A DNA stretch of 64,000 bases from Halorutilales archaeon Cl-col2-1 (GTDB taxonomy: Archaea; Halobacteriota; Halobacteria; Halobacteriales; Afararchaeaceae): positions 224,001 through 288,000 of the forward strand of contig CP169074.1 of assembly GCA_041891055.1 (NCBI GenBank), given 5' to 3'. Positions 61,080 through 64,000 of the stretch are shown here, in pieces. Every line of letters begins with the position of its first letter. Position 1 is the first letter of the stretch. The position numbers and the translations under genes were made by a program. The notes below the pieces were generated by a model. That model was not told the DNA's origin and did not search any database. It was given only the letters and a program-made list of their open reading frames with translations.

Positions 61080-62177
61080 ATGGAGACTCCGTCATACTCT
61101 TACTCCGGCATACAGAAGGCGTTTCTGAGACACCAGCATTTCTTTGTCTTCGCAGCACCCGTGATCTTCGTTGCTGCTGTCTATCTCTTCGCGCCGACTT
61201 CGGCGCAGGCACAGGCGACTCAGGGTAGCTACTGGTTACGTTACTGGTGGCTCTTCCCTTTCTTTGTCCTCGGAGCCACGACGGTCAACACGGTTGGAAT
61301 AAGCGGATCGGCCCTCTTCGTGCCTTTCTTCATATTCATCTTCCCGATCCTGTCGCACCAACTAGAGCCCGAGACACTCGTCAAGGTCGGTCTGATAAGC
61401 GAGGCATTCGGTCTGTCGAGTTCGTCGATTGCCTTCATACGTTACGGACTCGTCGACAGACGTGTCGCACTCGCTCTCGTCGGAGGATCGCTCCCCTTCG
61501 TCGTTGGGGGCGCGCTCCTCTCATTCGTGATACCCGAGGTAGTCTTCCACTCGCTTCTCGGGGTAGCCCTACTCGCTTCGGCTTACCTCCTGTCACGAAC
61601 CGACCTGAGCCACGGACACGGTGACTCCTCCGAGACTTCGTCTGCGACGACCGACGGCGGCACGGCTTCGAGCCTCCCCAACGACCCCGGAATGGTTGGT
61701 GAAGCAGGAGTCGAAACCGACGAGGACGGTACCGTGACACGTGTCGACTGTGAGGGAGACGACTACACCTACGACCGTTCGGGTTATCTCAGACGGTTCG
61801 CCAACTACGGCATAGGTGGCTCGTTCCAGGGACTCGCCGGATTCGGCATAGGTGAACTCGGTATCATATCAATGCTTGGAACACGTGTCCCAATACGTGT
61901 CGCGATAGGCACGAACCACATAGTCGTGGCTCTTACCGCGATACTCGCCTCAGCGGTTCATATATTCGGCGGCGGCTTGGTCGGAGGACACTCGATGAAC
62001 ATCGCTTCGACGCCGTGGAACATGGTAGTCTTCACCGTCCCGGCGACCGTCTTAGGCGGACAGGTAGCCCCCTATGTCTCGAACGCCTTAGAGACCCAGA
62101 CGATAAAGAAGTTCGTCTGCGGACTCTTCTCGGTGATCGCAGTTGCCCTCTTCCTCATGGCGTCTGGCGGGATATAG
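61080..62177 (+). CDS. TauE/SafE sulfite exporter family protein
   Basis: GISGSALFVP, GLAGFGIGE, VAIGTNH, GGQVAP. Confidence 0.85.
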   Translation: METPSYSYSGIQKAFLRHQHFFVFAAPVIFVAAVYLFAPTSAQAQATQGSYWLRYWWLFPFFVLGATTVNTVGISGSALFVPFFIFIFPILSHQLEPETLVKVGLISEAFGLSSSSIAFIRYGLVDRRVALALVGGSLPFVVGGALLSFVIPEVVFHSLLGVALLASAYLLSRTDLSHGHGDSSETSSATTDGGTASSLPNDPGMVGEAGVETDEDGTVTRVDCEGDDYTYDRSGYLRRFANYGIGGSFQGLAGFGIGELGIISMLGTRVPIRVAIGTNHIVVALTAILASAVHIFGGGLVGGHSMNIASTPWNMVVFTVPATVLGGQVAPYVSNALETQTIKKFVCGLFSVIAVALFLMASGGI

Positions 62178-62216
62178 AGAAGAGACACGAGACACGGACA
62201 CGAGCTTTTTTACTCT

Positions 62217-64000
62217 TCAGTCCGGCTTCGGTAGTATGACCCGGACGGTGCTTCCACGGGGCTGTCTCTCGGCTATCTCTATCTTACCTCCTTCCATCTT
62301 CACTAGCCAGTAGACTAGCCAGAGTCCGAGACCACTTCCGTGTTTGAGGTGTGTCTCCTCTCCGTTTCTGAGAACCTCCTTCTCTTCGTCGGGTATTCCG
62401 GGACCGTTATCGGAGACATCAACCTCTATCTCGTCGTCACATTCGACGACATCTATCTCGACTCTCGGATCACGTGTGTCGTTGTGTTCTACTGCGTTGT
62501 CGACTATCTCCTTTATAGCAGTCTTCGTCCTCATCGAGACGGTGTACTCCTCCGAGAGCTCGGAGTCCCATTCTACCTCGGCGTCTTCGTATCGCAGCGA
62601 CATCTTCTGGGCGATATCCGTGAGAACCTCGTCGAGTCCCGCCTTACTGTCCGAGTCATCAGAGACCTCAAGCAGGCTGTTTACTCTCTCGGCTTTCTCG
62701 CTCAGACTCTCTAGCTCGGAGGCTTTCTTCCTTATCATCTCTCCTATGCCTCGGCTCTGGCTCTCGTCGTCTATCATCTCAGAGTATCCGATTATGACGC
62801 TCAAGCCGTTCCTGAGGTTGTGGCGCAGAACCCTGTGCATCACCTGTAACCTCTGCTGCCGGAGCATACGTGAGCTTATGTCTGTCTGTATAGCCACGAA
62901 CTTGGTGGGATCGCCGCCCGAGTCGGTAATGGGTGCTATCGTCTGGTGTGCGGTATAGAGTCTGCCGTCCTTACGTCTGTCGACGACTTCTTCCTCCCAG
63001 ACGTCGCCAGCGAGAATGGTCTCCCATAGCTTCTCGTAGTACTCTTCGTCCTGTTCGCCCGACTTGAGCTTTCTGGGGGTCTCTCCGATCATCTCCTCCG
63101 CCGAGTATCCCGTGATTTCCTCGAACTCCGAGTTGACGTACTCTATCACGCCGTCGGTGTCGGTGATGTATATCGCATGTCCCGCGTGTTCGACAGCCTT
63201 CCTGAACATCTCAAGACGTCTCTGACGCTTCTTCCTCGCGGATATGTCTCTGAAGGTGGCGTAGGCGAACTTCCTGCCGTCGACTTCGATGTTGGTCGAC
63301 CTTATGCTCACGGGCTTCGACTCGCCGCTCTTCGTCTCTATACAGATAGGCGAGCCGTCTTCCCTCTCGGTGATTGTAACAGGACTCCTCTCGACTCTGT
63401 CACGTACCGACTCGAACGCCTCGGCGTACTCCTCCCTCTTATCCTCGGGATGTAAATCGGGCTGTCTCATCTTTCTGAGTTCGTCCTCGGAGTAGCCGAA
63501 TATATCCGACGCCTGGCGGTTGACCTCAAGTATCTCCCCCGTCTCAACGTCGGCTAGAACGACGGCGTCGGGAGAGCCTTCGAATATAGACTCGTACCTC
63601 GTGCGGGCGTTCTCTGCTTCCTCCTTCGCCTCCTCGGCTTCGTCGAGTGCTCTCAGGAGTCTCTGTTTCATCTCACATGCCGACTCCGACATCAGACGCA
63701 TCTCGGAGGTCGGATACGATACCTTTATGCTGTGATCAAGGTCGCCGTCTGCTATCCTCTTGGCGTCCTCGGCAAACTCACGTATCGGCTCCGTCATACG
63801 TCTCGATATGTACAGACCTGCGACGATGACTACAGCCGCTGAGACGACGGCTATCATCTCGACGGCATCCCTTATTCTTATCGCAGGGGCGAATATCTCC
63901 GAGGTCGGAACCGTGGCTACGGCGTAGTAGTCGCCTCCGCTCGGAAGATCGACCTGCTGGTACTCCGCGAACCACTCCTCAGAGCCGCGTGAGTAAGTGA
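62217..64000 (-). CDS. Membrane sensor histidine kinase (HAMP-PAS-PAS-HisKA-HATPase); 5' end outside window
   Basis: TM+HAMP, PAS motifs, RHNLRN, DNGPGI, HGSGLGL; frame open to the window end. Confidence 0.9.
   Translation of the reverse strand, partial: TYSRGSEEWFAEYQQVDLPSGGDYYAVATVPTSEIFAPAIRIRDAVEMIAVVSAAVVIVAGLYISRRMTEPIREFAEDAKRIADGDLDHSIKVSYPTSEMRLMSESACEMKQRLLRALDEAEEAKEEAENARTRYESIFEGSPDAVVLADVETGEILEVNRQASDIFGYSEDELRKMRQPDLHPEDKREEYAEAFESVRDRVERSPVTITEREDGSPICIETKSGESKPVSIRSTNIEVDGRKFAYATFRDISARKKRQRRLEMFRKAVEHAGHAIYITDTDGVIEYVNSEFEEITGYSAEEMIGETPRKLKSGEQDEEYYEKLWETILAGDVWEEEVVDRRKDGRLYTAHQTIAPITDSGGDPTKFVAIQTDISSRMLRQQRLQVMHRVLRHNLRNGLSVIIGYSEMIDDESQSRGIGEMIRKKASELESLSEKAERVNSLLEVSDDSDSKAGLDEVLTDIAQKMSLRYEDAEVEWDSELSEEYTVSMRTKTAIKEIVDNAVEHNDTRDPRVEIDVVECDDEIEVDVSDNGPGIPDEEKEVLRNGEETHLKHGSGLGLWLVYWLVKMEGGKIEIAERQPRGSTVRVILPKPD

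Overview
Archaeal chromosomal window from an extreme halophile: very acidic proteins and haloarchaeal-type genes. Frequent ATA/AGA/CGT codons suggest a lineage outside the classic Halobacteriales/Haloferacales, possibly Halorutilales-like (inference, not counted). Most of it is housekeeping: lig, fen, infB, purNH, rpa, glyS, mptA, cdc48, leuB-like, dapABF, gltBD, moaA, thpR, ctaA/ctaB, ilvD, two-component kinases, tRNA-Arg(TCG) and initiator tRNA-Met. The most striking non-coding signal is a family of 47-49-bp twin-hairpin units (GAC-GTTC-[hairpin A]-GWGCC-[hairpin B]) with covarying stems, seen 7 times at three loci. One unit sits precisely inside an IS6 transposase and disrupts it. Two units sit in the 5' end of a dolichol-kinase-like gene, whose present ATG lies inside the last hairpin. 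Four units form a tandem intergenic array. This looks like a very small non-autonomous mobile element; no mobilising enzyme is encoded in the window. Also present: a ~1.35-kb AT-richer island bounded by an 18-bp duplication of the infB 3' end, a candidate C-rich sRNA, tRNA-adjacent repeats and a degenerate PD-(D/E)xK-like protein next to cdc48. All calls come from motif recognition by eye; no database searches were run.
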